Source of the DNA: Nemertoderma westbladi
Taxonomy: Eukaryota; Animalia; Xenacoelomorpha
Direction: 5' to 3'
Length of the DNA: 50,454 nucleotides
Assembly: GCA_032718475.1 (NCBI GenBank)
Contig: JAUCBJ010001789.1
Span: 1 to 50,454 of the forward strand
The position numbers and the translations under genes were made by a program. Below, piece after piece: positions 38,171-50,454 of the stretch. The first letter of the stretch is position 1. The number at the start of each line of letters is the position of its first letter. The notes below the pieces were generated by a model. That model did no database searches. It was not told the origin of the DNA and saw nothing but the letters and a program-made list of their open reading frames with translations.

Positions 38171-38907
38171 TTCAAATCGTGTAGAGGGGCGCACGCGCAC
38201 ATGATGTGCAAAATAAAACAAAGCATTGTCAGATTGTGGGGCGAGCCACGCATTGAGCGGGGGGCTGATCTAGCTGTCTAGCAGTCAGAGAGTATGGCAA
38301 GACAATACAATCTCATGAGTTTTAATGCAGCTTTTTGTGTTCGAAAAACACAAAAAACGGCCCCAAGGCTGCAAAATAACAGAGGGAGAACTCAATAAAG
38401 TTGCAGATAGAGGCATACATACATAGCCTACATAACGTAGCCTATACGTAGCATACAGTATATCCTTCAATAAATGGGCTACTTTAAGACTATTACCTAA
38501 AATTTGAGTCTCAGTTAAAGCAGGAGTTTATATCTACCCAAGGCATAGCAGCATAGTATGTGTTGCATTATATTGTATTAAACGAACATTAGTCACAACA
38601 TACAGACATACATCCCTGGCTGCAAATGGAGTGCAAAAATCGCAACGCGTTGTGCGCTGTTTTGAAATAGTGCGCGGTAAAAGTGCGGTAGGCCTAATTA
38701 CTGAATTACGGTAGCCATAAAATATTTCACTCGCTTCGCTCGCGTTTCTTTTCCATTAAATTGCATTGTTAAAATAAAAAAATTTCGCTCGCGTTTTTTT
38801 TTTCATTTTAGACCTAGGCCTACTGACAGACTTGAGTACTGTAGTACTGACCTATATCAGTATATATAAAAAATTACAGATTTCACTTGCTTTGCTCGCG
38901 TTTTGTT

Positions 38908-39506
38908 GGGTCCTACGAATTACCCAAAAAAACACAATATTACCCAAAAAAAAACAAAAAAACACAAAAAATCACACAAAAATACAAAAAAAACACAATA
39001 TTACCCAAAAAAACTACCCAAAAATAATGTTTTTCATAAACAATGTACCGGTATCTACAATAAGATTTAGGTTAATTGTAAGAAGAGTTTCACTTTTCAG
39101 TTTTCAATTTTCACTTTTTTCAAAATATTATATACATTTTGTTCATTTGAAGATTCCTTTAATGACCTACTACCACCGGTAAGCCTACCCACCCATACTG
39201 CCAGACCCAGACAGCACACATAATCAGATTTCTTAATTAATGGAATGGAGCAGGTTACAGTAGCAGGCTTTTCTAACCAAAACAATAAACGATAGCCAAA
39301 GAACACAGGTTACAGTCTTATTTTTCCAACCCTATAGGATAGGCCTATAAATTATTTTGGTCTTTTTGGGTAAGTTTTTTGGGTACCGGTACGTACCTAA
39401 TATTGTGTTTTATTGTGTTTTTTTGGGTAAATTTTTGTGTTTTTTGTATTTTTTTGTGTATTTTTGGGTAATTTTGTGTTTTTTTTTTGGGTAATTCGTA
39501 GGACCG
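38908..39506. mobile_element. MULE-like MITE (~600 bp) with long TIRs and 9-bp TSD
   Basis: TIRs GGTCCTACGAATTACCCAAAAAAA / TTTTTTTGGGTAATTCGTAGGACC with A-rich/T-rich subterminal arrays. TSD CGTTTTGTT at 38899-38907 and 39507-39515. Confidence 0.85.
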
Positions 39507-39625
39507 CGTTTTGTTTTCATTTTACATAGTGAAAATGAAAAATTTCATCACATTTTTTTCATTTTCCATTGCTTAGGCCCCTAATTTTTTTTTATTTATT
39601 TAGGTTAATAAATAATAATTTTTTT

Positions 39626-39770
39626 CGGTCCGACGAATCTGTACAAAAAAGTACAAAATAGTAAAAAAGAGTACAATAAAGTGCAAAAATAGTACAAAAG
39701 AGTGCAAAATAGTACAAAAATAGTACAAACGAGTGAGAAATGCATACAAAACGTGTATACCAGTGTAGTC
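39626..39770 (+). mobile_element. Orphan terminus of a MULE-like non-autonomous element (copy B)
   Basis: CGGTCCGACGAATCTG...ACGAGTGAGAAATGC...GTGTATAC, a direct copy of 37999-38170. Confidence 0.5.
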
Positions 39771-42727
39771 TACACTACACTTGTATATATAAATATAATT
39801 AATTGTAAGCAAATGCAACGGGACTGAAATATGCGCCGCTACAGTCAGACAGTATTCCAATTGACAGATAGAGCTAGGGCAGGCGAATATTACATAAGTC
39901 TTCAGGCTGTCAGGAGAGGAATGGCTTCATTTGATATACAAAGTTTTAAAGAGGACATCAACAACTAGAAAACATATTTTTTTCCGAAGATGTGTGAAGT
40001 GAATGATGAACAGAACAGATGAATGACAGAATATGTAAACTTCCAAATTCTGGAATTGATTCAACATCTACAAGATATAGTAGGCCTTCCTGAGTCTGTG
40101 ACTGTGCAGCTGTGTGAGCTTGAATCTCGCAACAGTGAGGATTTGGTCTACTGTTCTTCTTACCAATAGTAAGGCTGTAAGGATAGCGAATTTCTCTAGT
40201 CTTCCGCATTTTTCTCACCAATCAGTAACGGAGTTAACAATCATTAAAGTTATTGACTGTAAGTTGCTGTGCTGTAAGGTTAAGCCTACCCTGCATACAT
40301 GTCATGTCACAGGTTATACTGGCTGACTGGTCACCCATTCTCACCAAGCTCTATACTGTAGCCTATGGCTAATATTCACACAAATTTATAGAAACCAACA
40401 GGACCTTGGTCTTGTGATATATGGAATACGTGTAATTAAATTTTACCAAAAAATTACTTTAATTTTTATCAATTATGACGCTCTGATAGGGTGTTGGCAA
40501 TTAATAAATGTGCTATTATGTTCGTTGATGGATACTAATAATGACATTTAATGTTAGTTGGTCCAACAGATTATCAGAGCCGAGTTACAATTGGTGACTT
40601 TGTAAGGGTTGGTTTGCTTTATTAAGAGAGTTATAGTTACTCCCAAATAGAAAGCAAAATGCAATTCCCGTAAGTAACTGAGTAAACCAGTAATGGGTGT
40701 AGTAGTAATGAGTGTATACAAATTATAACCGATACCCTGCTAATTTAATATTGTAATTAATAATAATAGGCCTAATTGTTACTAAGCTTTAATTGCATTA
40801 TATAATTTTGTGTTTGGCAATATTAATCTTAATACATAATAATGAATTCTTCTTAATCTTCTTGATAACAAATTGCTAATGTTATGGAAAGTACACTTGC
40901 AGGTGAGGCTGATGCTGCTTCTACTAGTTCGCGGGAGAGTTTGTTTTTGTGTTCAATTGGAAAGGAACTAAACTCTAAATGCAAAAATGATGCTTACATT
41001 ACCACTGGCTCTACAGTTTGGAAAGTTTGGCCAATAAAAGTGGATGAAGTGGAACTACTTTCAAAGAGAACAGATATAAAGAAGGAGCTGCTGAAGACCA
41101 TTTGTACTCACCATAATATTGAGTTTGGCTCTCTTTATTCATCCTTACAACGCAAATGTTGTGACCCATTTCAAAAGCACGTTAAACCAGTTAAGACAGG
41201 CCTTGCAATTATTACTGAAGATATGGCCAATAGTGATCAAGGTAAAACATTAAATGTAGTTGAAGGGAAGAAAGTTTGTCCACATTGCTGTTCAGAATTA
41301 AAGTCCAGTATATCAAAAAAGCTGATTGTGCATCTCCCTAAGAAGAAGACACTTAAAAGGAAGTCTGCAGCCCCAGCTTTACTCATCCAGGAAGAGTGTG
41401 ATTCTATGCCAGAAACCGTTGAGAGCAGTTCCCAATCTGAGTATGAACCAGATCCTAACATTAACGAAGAACAACCGGAGCACTTAAATAAATCCTTTAA
41501 GCTTCTAGATCAGTCACCCCTGTGTATCAAAAAACGCACTTATTCTAGAATCAAAAGGAAAGTTAACAGAAAAGCAACCAAGGCTAAAGAGGCGATCATG
41601 GCTTGCGCATCTGCAGCGATTGGTTCTGAAATCACGGATAATATTGAGAGTGATAGTAGTGTTAACAGAGAGGATAAGTTAATGGCTGAAGCAATGTTCG
41701 ATATAGTTACAGCAGTGAAGCATAAGATTTCCACAGCCACAAGTTATAATGAAAAGGTGGAATTATTGACATTGGCTCCCAAGCATTGGTCAATTAGCCA
41801 TACAGCAGGTCAGTTTGGCACAACTATTTATCTTGCACAGGCGGCAAATAAATTAAGAAATGAGCGTGGAATTCTTGCTTCACGTGATCCCTACCTGCCA
41901 CGAGGCTTAGTCATCAACGAGGAATTAAAGGGTACAGTGAAATTGTTTTACGAAAGAGATGATCTCAGTTGTTTGTGTCCGGGGAAAAAGGATTTTATAA
42001 GCGTGAAAACTGATCTTGGAAGAGTGCATTGCCAAAAGCGATTAGTACTATGTAATCTTCACGAAGCATATCAGCTATTTAAAGAGACAAATCCATTACT
42101 GAAGTTAGGATTCTCGACTTTCGCAACTTTAAGACCTACATACTGCATACTTGCTGGATCTGCTGGTACACACAGTGTCTGTGTGTGTATCAAGCATCAG
42201 AACCCTAAACTGATGGTTGGCAGCTTAAGGATCCAATGGCTTACATACAGGGACTTACTGGAGAAAGCAGTCTGTTCCATGTCTGGCGATAAGTGTATGT
42301 TGGGAACATGTGAAATGTGCCCAGGTGAACTATCTGTACGTAGTTTCTTAGAAGAGTTAGTAACAGATTACCATGACAACGATATCACCTTCATGAAGTG
42401 GAGTTCAGGATCTGGTTCATCCGGTGATCGTGCAGTCCTTGGCAAACATAATAGTCCATTAAGTGAATTCATTGATGAGTTGGTCAGCGACTTGATGAAA
42501 CTTTTACCCCATCACTACATCGCCAAGTCTCAGTCAAGTTATTTGAAAGATTTGAAGGATGCTCTAAAGCCGAATGAAGCAATCATTTTGATGGATTTTG
42601 CTGAAAACTTCTCGTTTGTCATTCAAGATGAAATCCAATCTTATCATTGGTCTAATGATCAAGCAACTCTGCATCCCATTGTAATATACTATCGAGAAGG
42701 TTCTAGCAATGAGCTAAAGGTTACAAG

Positions 42728-43548
42728 TAGGGCTCGATCGGAGTTGGGATTTGGCCGGAGCCGGAGCAGGAGCCGGAGTTGGACAATTTGGCCGGAGCCG
42801 GAGCAGGAGCCGGAGTTATTCAAAAAATTAAAAAATTTAATTATTTATTTAAAAAAAAATAAAGTATGGTTATCGTTCGCCAATCGCTCATAATCAATAT
42901 CATACTGCTGTACTGTAGGTTGTAGGTCTAATTAATTTCATAATTTATAGATTTAGGAATTTTAAATTTAAAATTTAAGTAATTAATTTATCACGGAGAG
43001 ACGGCCTGACGCTGACGGCTAAAAATTACCTACAGTACCTAACTCACTAACTGTGGTAGAGCTGTAGAGGTGTGTACTGTAGGTAGCCTACCGCTGTACC
43101 GTACGTGTACCAGTCTCAGTCTGCCAGTACTGCAGTACATTATGATGGCATGACAGTCAGTAAATGCGGAAATGGCTGCAGTGGTACAGTGCACAGTGAA
43201 CAATCATAGCATTTACAAAAAATTTTTACAGTAGGGCCTATCTGTAACAGTCTGCTAGTCAGCCAGCTGGCCAGTACCAGTACTGCAGTACTAAAGTAAA
43301 TACTGCAGTATAAATACTACAGTAGTAAATACTGCAGTGCAGTATTATGCTTGATATTGAAGCTGTACTACAGTACTTATTGTGTAAATAATTAGAATAA
43401 GGATAATTAGAATATGCATGAAATATAATAGGACCTACTTTATTAAAAAATTAACTCCGGCAATATTTTTACCGGAGCCGGAGCAGGAGCCGGAGGTGCC
43501 AAAATGGCCGGAGCCGGAGCCGGAGGCCGGAGCTCCGATCGAGCCCTA
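42728..43548. mobile_element. hAT-like MITE, 821 bp, inserted in the transposase ORF
   Basis: Perfect 16-bp TIR TAGGGCTCGATCGGAG/CTCCGATCGAGCCCTA; 8-bp TSD GTTACAAG at 42720-27 and 43549-56; GCCGGA subterminal repeats. Confidence 0.95.
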
Positions 43549-43891
43549 GTTACAAGCTTCTGCATTATTTCGAATTCGATGGCTCACTCTACATCTGCTG
43601 TGCATCTATTCGTAACAAAGATCACAGGCATAATCAAACAGGAATGGCCACAAGTTACACATTTGCACTACTTTACAGATGGCGCGCAGGGCAATATAAA
43701 AACAGGTAAAATGTATATATTTTATATATTAACAATATAAAGCATTTAAATATGATTAATACCGGTAGTTATAAATATATAAATATATAATTATATAAGG
43801 GGCCTAATAAAATTAATAATAAAAATAGTAGGTACCTGTCTGGTTAGAGTAGAGATTAGGTCTGATTAGAGGTCTTATGTTATTATTTATT

Positions 43892-44269
43892 CGTGACAGG
43901 ACAATTGCCCACAGACAATTGCCCCCCGGACTATTGCCCACAGACAATTGCCCCCAGACAATTGCCCCCAGACAATTGCCCCCGGACAATTACCCCATGG
44001 ACAATTGCCCCCCGGATAATTTCCACCGAGAAAAATTTCAAAATAAATAAACTAAACATGAGTTAGCATAGGCCTATATAATAAGTTATGAAACAGGCAT
44101 AGCCATATATAATTTGTTTTAAATTTGTAACAAGCTAGGAGCTTAATAGCTAGTAAGGAATGACCTTATATATTGTGCAATTTTCCTCAGGGGAAATTTT
44201 CCTCGGGGCAATTGTCCGTGGGGCAATTTTCCTCACGGGGCAATTTTCCAGTGGGTAATTGTCAGTTCC
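43892..44269. mobile_element. Small fold-back element (MULE-like MITE) inside the transposase intron
   Basis: GACAATTGCCC(C/A) tandem units at left and inverted GGGCAATT units at right. Candidate 9-bp TSD TTATTTATT at 43883-91 and 44270-78, but the flank is low complexity. Confidence 0.7.
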
Positions 44270-45947
44270 TTATTTATTATACTTAATACAGTATATTTTT
44301 CATTATTTGATTTATAGGTTCAGCTTCTTAAACTTACATTACCACTTTGACGACTTCGGCCTATATACTACCTGGCACTTCTTTGCCACCAGTCATGGCA
44401 AGAGCCCGTGTGATGGGATTGGCGGCACTGTGAAGCGAATAATCACTAGGATGAGTCTGCAGAGACCTATAGAGGACCAAATAACTAATGCTGAGGAGAT
44501 GTTTACTGCTGCTGATGTTAATATTACTGGGATCAGATTTATTTGGGTCGATGCCAAGGAAGTGGAGTCTGTGACCAAGGAGCAGGAAGTTCGGTTTGAG
44601 GATGCCTCAAAAATACCTGGGACAAGGTCGTATCACCGTTTTGATGTTCTTCCCAGTGGCAAATTAGCTTGCCGAACAGTGTCAGATGGCGATGACAACC
44701 TTGCAACAGTGATAAACATTGTTCAAGGTATCACCAGGGAGTCCATCACGGATGAGGAACAGTCAACCTCAGGAAAGGAACCCAACTACAGCGTTGGTCA
44801 ATGGGTACTTGTGTACTATGAGGAAGATCATTACCGGTACCCAGGAGAGGTGCAGTACACGTCAAGTGAGGGGTACGTGTGTGTGAAAGTCATGGACAGG
44901 GCTGGTGGATACTACAGGTGGCCCGAGAAGGATGATATACATAGTTATCCCACTGATGACATCGTAAAAATGCCACCACTACCCGTTGGAACCAGAGGAC
45001 AGTTCAAATTTTCGAACATTTAAGAAGAATTATGTAATATATAAATTCGCTACTTATATATAATAAATACAGTACCCTGGTTATTCAAGTTTAATAGATT
45101 GTAGTTTGTTTTTTCTCTGCAAAGCTGTTGGTCCGTTTAATTGCAATAAATATCTATATTATGTACTATAAAACACATTATTTCCTTCCTAGGCAATAAC
45201 GTACTTTCAGATTGAAATTACATTGAATGAAAATATTCTTTTTTTTCAATTACTTGTCACGTTAAAGAACATTTTTAGATAATAACTTGATCCTGTTGGT
45301 GATTGAAAATTATCATACAATTGAACAATAGGTTGAATAAACAAATTATCTACTTTTTGGGGAGATATTTTTAGTCAGAGCTGATTTCTGACACTTCAAA
45401 GTTAGCAAAAAATCAAAATCATATGCACTTATTTTTTCGATAGCACACCTCTGATAAGTTGTTGGCCCTTAATTCATTATTAAAACGTGTCATGGATAAT
45501 GCACAATATAGTTAAGAAACATTTGAATTTCCAACAGACATGCAGAGATTTCTAAATGGTGTCACAAAAATCAACAAAATTTGTATTTTTGGTGTAATTT
45601 CAATCGCGTATGTTAAGGCTCTGACTATCGGTTGTATGTTTATTGACTTACCGGTATAGGATACAGCCTTATTATAAGAGGTATCATTTATTAAAAAAGT
45701 ATCACCCAACAAGTTGTCAGAGTACAAAATAAAATATTCAGGTTTTAAATTTCCAATATTTTTACAATTCAGAAACTTGAACACCATGTGACTTGAGAAT
45801 AAAAGGACCAAATGAGCTGAAATTATGGCTACCAGTTTTTAACCACATCATCATAACATGATTAAATTTTCAATGAATTCTGAGAGGGTGGAGGGTGTGC
45901 GCCACCCCATTTGTTGAATTTGGCTGGAATAACCCAGTATAGTAATA

Positions 45948-46390
45948 CAGTCAGTAGGGAACATACCCTTAAATAAGCTCCAAAAGTGGGTTCTTATTTA
46001 AGGAAAATGGCTCTTATTTAGGGGTTTTTGGGCCTTTTTTTGATATTTTTTCGATATAATATGCAATAACTTGTTTCAGGAAAAAATACCGCATAATTTT
46101 ATTTCACAATGTAAAAGTTGGGTCTTTCTTGAACATAAAGCAAAAAACCAGAAAACATTTCACCGTCCGGTTTTTTTTCTACAAGCGTTTTAAAATTGCA
46201 TCAAAAATACGACTAGTTCCTAAATAAGGCAGTAAGGGGGATTTTTTAAATTTACCTTATTTAAGATATCGAAATTGTACACATAAATACTAAAAGTCCC
46301 TAAATACTGAAATAAGAACTTCTTGACCTGGGTTTCTTATTTAGGAATACAGTTGTATTCCAAAATCTGCACATTCCTTAAATAAAATAA
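45948..46390. mobile_element. Probable DNA transposon terminus with repeated CTTATTTA(A/G)G motifs in both orientations
   Basis: Starts TA|CAGTCAGTAG; at least 7 copies of CTTATTTARG or CCT(T)AAATAA between ~45967 and 46386. No partner end found. Confidence 0.35.
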
Positions 46391-46790
46391 ATATTCCTTA
46401 TTCCTTACAGTATGTGTTACACTTTTTCATAATTCTTTGATTTAAGTCAGTCTGTATATTGCTAATTGTTTGGTTAAGGATAAGGACAATGGTTGCACTG
46501 GACTGCTGGACTCTATAAATCCTCTATAGAATATCGTACCGGTATCATAATGAAGTTGCTAGCACTGGCATTCTTACCTCACACGGTAGCATAGAATAGC
46601 CCATTGATATTCAAAAGAATATGGAATAGCCCATCGCCCATCTGAGCGCACATACATTGTCACGTATTTCGATGAGACATGACTCAAGTAACTGGACATT
46701 GCCGCACAGTTTCGAAAAACTAACTTGTGTCCTGCATTTCCTCTTCTTCACATGACAGTAATACTGTAATAATAACTGAATAATAGTAGT

Positions 46791-49000
46791 ACTAGAAAGG
46801 CATTTCCTAAAGGAAATGCAACCACGAAGCCCAGGTTGGAATTCATGCTGCAAAACTCGGACGCGTACCTGCGCGAATGACCGCAAACCAGATGCGCGTT
46901 GCGCGTTTGGGTGAGACAGGTGCGCGTTCGGGTGAGACAGGTGCGCGTTGCGCCTCAGCGCGCAGCTCTGCCTCTGATGCGCACCACAAATTAGTTGAAA
47001 TCACGAAAATACACAAAAACATTTCGCTCGCTTCGCTCGCATTAGTTTCTCATTTCCAATTCTTCAAACAGTCAAATCCAGAAATCACTTCACCATAATC
47101 TGATAATACTGTAATACCGGCAACCGGAGCTGAATTTGTCTATTTATTTTAACTACAGTACTCTATTGTTGTATTGTTATTAGGTCTATGCTATGCCGAT
47201 GTTACGTTAGTAAACAGGTAAAGTCAGAAAGTAACAATGTATTATAAGTACTGAAGTATGACTTAATTATAAGCCAACTGTATGTTTAAGCCTAATTGTT
47301 AGGTAGGCAGTAGGCCTATACAAAGTATTACTGGCAGTGGCAGACTGGTACCTATTTCAATATTCGTTTTTTTGAAATTAGGCCTACATGTTTTATTTGT
47401 AATCTAAAATAATATTTTCTGTTATAAAAGCAGTGAGCCCGATGGGCCACCATAGTCGGATAGTAGTGGATTAAAAAAATATTTTTTAATATTAACAATT
47501 TTGATGTAGCAAAAATTACATTTATTATGTAAGCCTAGATTCAACGTACAGACAGACAGACGTAAAGATAAGCTTAAAACGCTCAAACTTGTAAAATAGG
47601 AATGTAAAATTGTTCTTATGAACTGTGCGATTTTTTGAGATATGCATGACATGAGCTGCGCGATTTTTTTTGGATTATGATGAGGTGCGCGACGAGCCAA
47701 TTTCAGGTGCGCGGTGATTTCAAAACAACAAAGCGTACCTGCGCGCTCATGCATGAATTCCAACCTGGCACGAAGCTAAGGAAAATTAAACAAAGGGCCA
47801 CAATTTGGTTTGTTGCTTAGCCTAGTTTAGTAGCATTTGCCAATAAATAACTTCTATTCCCATGGAAACTAGAATTCTCTGGAACTGTTGGTTTTACCTT
47901 TGAAAAAAGATTCAGTCCAGATTGTGGTTCAGATAACACATACAAAGTTTCAGAAAATATTGTAGTTTATGTCCAAATTACCGATTTTCTATCATAATGC
48001 ATCTGTTTGCAGTGGTTGTCATGGAAACTGAAAAATAGAACAATGTAATTCGGATGCAGAATAAGTCATATAATGGGGGTAGGTCTTGGTCCCAAGTCAT
48101 AATACTATTAACTTGTGTTTCAAATTATCATTTTAGAAATTTTAACATCTGTTTAGTCTTGTTGCTATGGTAATTGGATTGTGTAATTAACCTCGAATGG
48201 ATTGTATATGGACCTTACAGATGATGTTGCAAAACCCCAAATTTATATTTATTACATTATTTTGCTAGACTTGAATGATATAGACTTTAATAAACTCCAG
48301 TTACCATGGTAACAAGATATTTCTGGAATGTTTTGAGTTTCACTAAAAGTTCCAACTAGTGGTCCAGATAACACATATTCAGTTTCGTAAAATTTTATCA
48401 TGAAGTCTATGTCCAAATGAGTTATTTTTGTATAAAAACATCTGTTTTCAGCGGTTGTCATGGTAACTGCAAAATTAAACAATGAAATTCGGACGCAGAA
48501 TAAGTCATATAGTGGGGGTAGGGGTTGGTCCCAAGTCATCACACATTAACCTTATGCTTCAAATTAACATTTTATACATTTTAACATCCATTTAGCCCGG
48601 TTGCCAAGGCAACTGGATTTTCTATTGAACCTCAATCGGCTCTGCTATGGACCTTATAGTTGAGTTGAGAAACCCCAAGTTTATACTGTTATATGTATTA
48701 TAGTTTTCCTACAAATAGAGTTATAAATATTGACTTGAAATACATAGACTTTTTTCTAAGTCCGTTGCCATGGAAACCAGATTTTTCCTGAATATGAGAC
48801 CCATCCCACACGACGCGCCTCGATGAGTAGTACATACATGCAAAATTTCAGGGTACTTTTAAAGGCTAGTTTTTTCCCCGGTCAAAAAACACTAAATCTG
48901 CTCCATACATGTAAAATAGCCCACTATGAATAGACCATCTCAGCTAAGGAAAATCTTTCTTAGCGAAAGTAGTTGATTTTCCTTAGCTTCGTGGATCAAA
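46791..49000 (-). mobile_element. Helentron/HINE (DINE-1-like) non-autonomous rolling-circle element with ~440-bp internal repeats
   Basis: SubTIRs CCACGAAGCTAAGGAAAA (split by the MITE) and TTTTCCTTAGCTTCGTGG (48977-94). Extra inverted repeat AGCTAAGGAAAATC (48942-55)/GATTTTCCTTAGCT (48975-88). Terminal hairpin GCATTTCCT-AA-AGGAAATGC (46800-19) next to the ACTAG end. Internal CATGG(A/T)AAC-type motifs; duplicated block near 48000 and 48440. Confidence 0.75.
46831..47768. mobile_element. hAT-like MITE, 938 bp, inserted in the Helentron subTIR
   Basis: 18-bp TIR CCAGGTTGGAATTCATGC/GCATGAATTCCAACCTGG; 8-bp TSD CACGAAGC at 46823-30 and 47769-76. The uninterrupted target site is visible in the second copy at ~49219. 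Confidence 0.95.
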
Positions 49001-49186
49001 GTAATGAAGTAGTACAGTCAGACAGTACCGGTACTGCAGTACAGTCAGACAGTACTGCAGTACTACCGGTTCTGGACAGCTGGAGCAGGCTATCTGGCTA
49101 TTGGCAGATTGGAGTACTGTACACTGGAATATACTGCTGCCATATGCATATCTGCCTATACTAGCCTATATATTATGTACATTAAT

Positions 49187-49595
49187 ACAAGAAAGGCATT
49201 TCCTAAAGGAAATGCAACCACGAAGCTAAGGAAAATTAAACACTCTTTGACTCATCACTTCATTGCTTTACAGAGTTAAGAGGAATATGCCTTTAAAACT
49301 CATATTACCATGGCAACCGGAGTTTTCTAGAACTGCTGAGGTTTACATTAAGATCCGGTTTGTGGTTCCAGGTGACACATACTTCAATTCAGTTTCATTG
49401 AGTAGTTAATGTGCAAAACTAAGGATTTAATTGTTAAAACGTCTGTTTGTAGTGGTTGTCATGGAAACTGAAAAATGGAACAATTTAAATTGGATGCGGA
49501 ATTAGTGATATAGTGGGGGTAGGGATTGGTCCCAAGTCGTAATACCTTAATGTTATGCTTCAAATAACCATTTTATAAAGTTGAACATCTGTTTA
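49187..49595 (-). mobile_element. Second, truncated or interrupted copy of the same Helentron/HINE family
   Basis: ACAAGAAAGGCATTTCCTAAAGGAAATGCAACCACGAAGCTAAGGAAAATTAAAC matches 46795-46830 joined to 47777 onward; internal block GTCATGGAAACTGAAAAAT...GGGGGTAGG...GGTCCCAAGTC. Confidence 0.75.
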
Positions 49596-50180
49596 CAGCA
49601 TTTCCACGCGAAAGCAGACATTGGCACCGAAATTTCATAATACTTGAAATTGCAAGTTTTATATCTTAAATTGAAGCTAATATGCTATATTTTCAGAATC
49701 TAAAAACACATTTTGAACAGCTAGTCAACTTAAAAACTTAATAGCATGGCAAATTGCCTAACTTTTATACTTTTTTTAGTTTTGAATTTCATAAATGTTA
49801 TACCACTTTCTAGGCTTGCCCTGTATACCTGAGCAATACATTTTTTGATATTAAATGAATTTTTGTATGGTTCTATGTCTTATTTTGTAATTGAGATGTT
49901 ATAATATCAATAATAGCCACGACTTATTCAATTTTCGGAATTAAAAGTTGTCCTCACTATGTCACGCTGTGACTTGTCACGGTGTGACTTTTTATACACC
50001 TTTTTTTAAATAATTGAAGAATAAATCATAATTACCCGTTTTTCTTTCTGATCTACAAAATATCGTATATGAAACAGTAAATATGAATGTATTAGACCAC
50101 AGATAACATAAATAAGTGATTTTTTTTGTGAATAAAATCAGTCATGCTGTGACACTATTATCTGTGTCACACCGTGACAA
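49596..50180. mobile_element. Possible DNA transposon end with palindromic GTCA(C/T)nnnGTGAC motifs
   Basis: Starts TA|CAGCATTTCC exactly where Helentron homology stops; four GTCAY-N3-GTGAC motifs at ~49961, 49976, 50141 and 50166. Confidence 0.3.
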
Positions 50181-50454
50181 TTCATAACCTTTAACTTCAT
50201 GTATAAAAAATTGCGCCAAATTTAATTTTTTTCAAGAAATGGTGAAATGTCAAGGACAGTACAGTACATGGTACCGGTAATGGCTGACTGGTAGGCCTAA
50301 TTTGCATCCAATGCTACACACCTGTTGGCTGGGCCAGATATTTGATACATCCACAACTGCAGGCCTGTTAATTGCTGTATTGGTGGATACTACTTTCTTT
50401 CTGTCTATAATTATGCTGTCTGACATTGAAGGTAAATGTTATATTGTAGTCCAT

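Larger units (their letters stand above)
40884..45023 (+). pseudogene. Disrupted DDD-type transposase (Sola2-like): segments 40884-42727, 43557-43705, 44318-45023
   Basis: Motifs CVCIKHQN, MDFAENFSFVIQDEIQSYHW, YFTDG(x)AGQYKNR (needs +1 nt near 43684) and WHFFATSHGKSPCDGIGGTVKR; C-terminal VGQWVLVYY...YPGEV...WPEKDD block. Broken by the MITE at 42728 and a frameshift. GT-AG intron at 43706-44317. Confidence 0.85.
40390..45935 (+). mobile_element. Sola2-like DNA transposon (left end not located; candidate right end ...TTGGCTGGAATAACCC)
   Basis: Contains the DDD transposase pseudogene. Motif CTCTGA(T/C)A...TGTTGG recurs on both sides (40481, 40563 inverted, 45449, 45706 inverted). Reverse complement of the candidate end begins GGGTTATTCCA, compatible with my recollection of Sola2 GRG...CYC ends. 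Confidence 0.5.

Noticed and set aside
37928-39860. Hydrophobic or Lys-rich short ORFs
   Set aside because: They derive from A-rich and T-rich subterminal repeats of MULE-like elements.
42728-42893. RS-repeat/PEPE tail of the 669-aa ORF as a real domain
   Set aside because: It is translation into the GCCGGA repeats of the inserted MITE.
45920-45935. Satellite derived from the Sola-like terminus (shared ATTCCAGCCAA)
   Set aside because: Only 11 bp, matching a minor monomer variant; compatible with chance.

Overview
Eukaryotic (probably invertebrate animal) genomic DNA in three parts. (1) 1-29814 is a tandem satellite array of ~106-bp monomers (roughly 275-280 copies). Each monomer has strong dyad symmetry, the array has higher-order duplications, and three internal copies of the unique sequence that flanks its right edge are embedded in it. 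(2) 30277-37700 (minus strand) is an intact-looking two-exon SETD1/Set1 H3K4 methyltransferase gene (~1470 aa) whose stop codon lies ~460 bp from the satellite. Its single 3-kb intron contains LINE reverse-transcriptase remnants and, on the opposite strand, a type I hammerhead ribozyme (35046-35107) at the apex of a ~300-nt fold-back. This ribozyme is the most notable signal. (3) 37900-50454 is a nest of DNA transposons: MULE-like MITEs, a broken intron-containing Sola2-like DDD transposase, two hAT-like MITEs with 8-bp TSDs, and two Helentron/HINE-like elements. The hundreds of short ORFs in the first 30 kb are artefacts of the satellite. All family assignments come from motif recognition by eye, not database searches.
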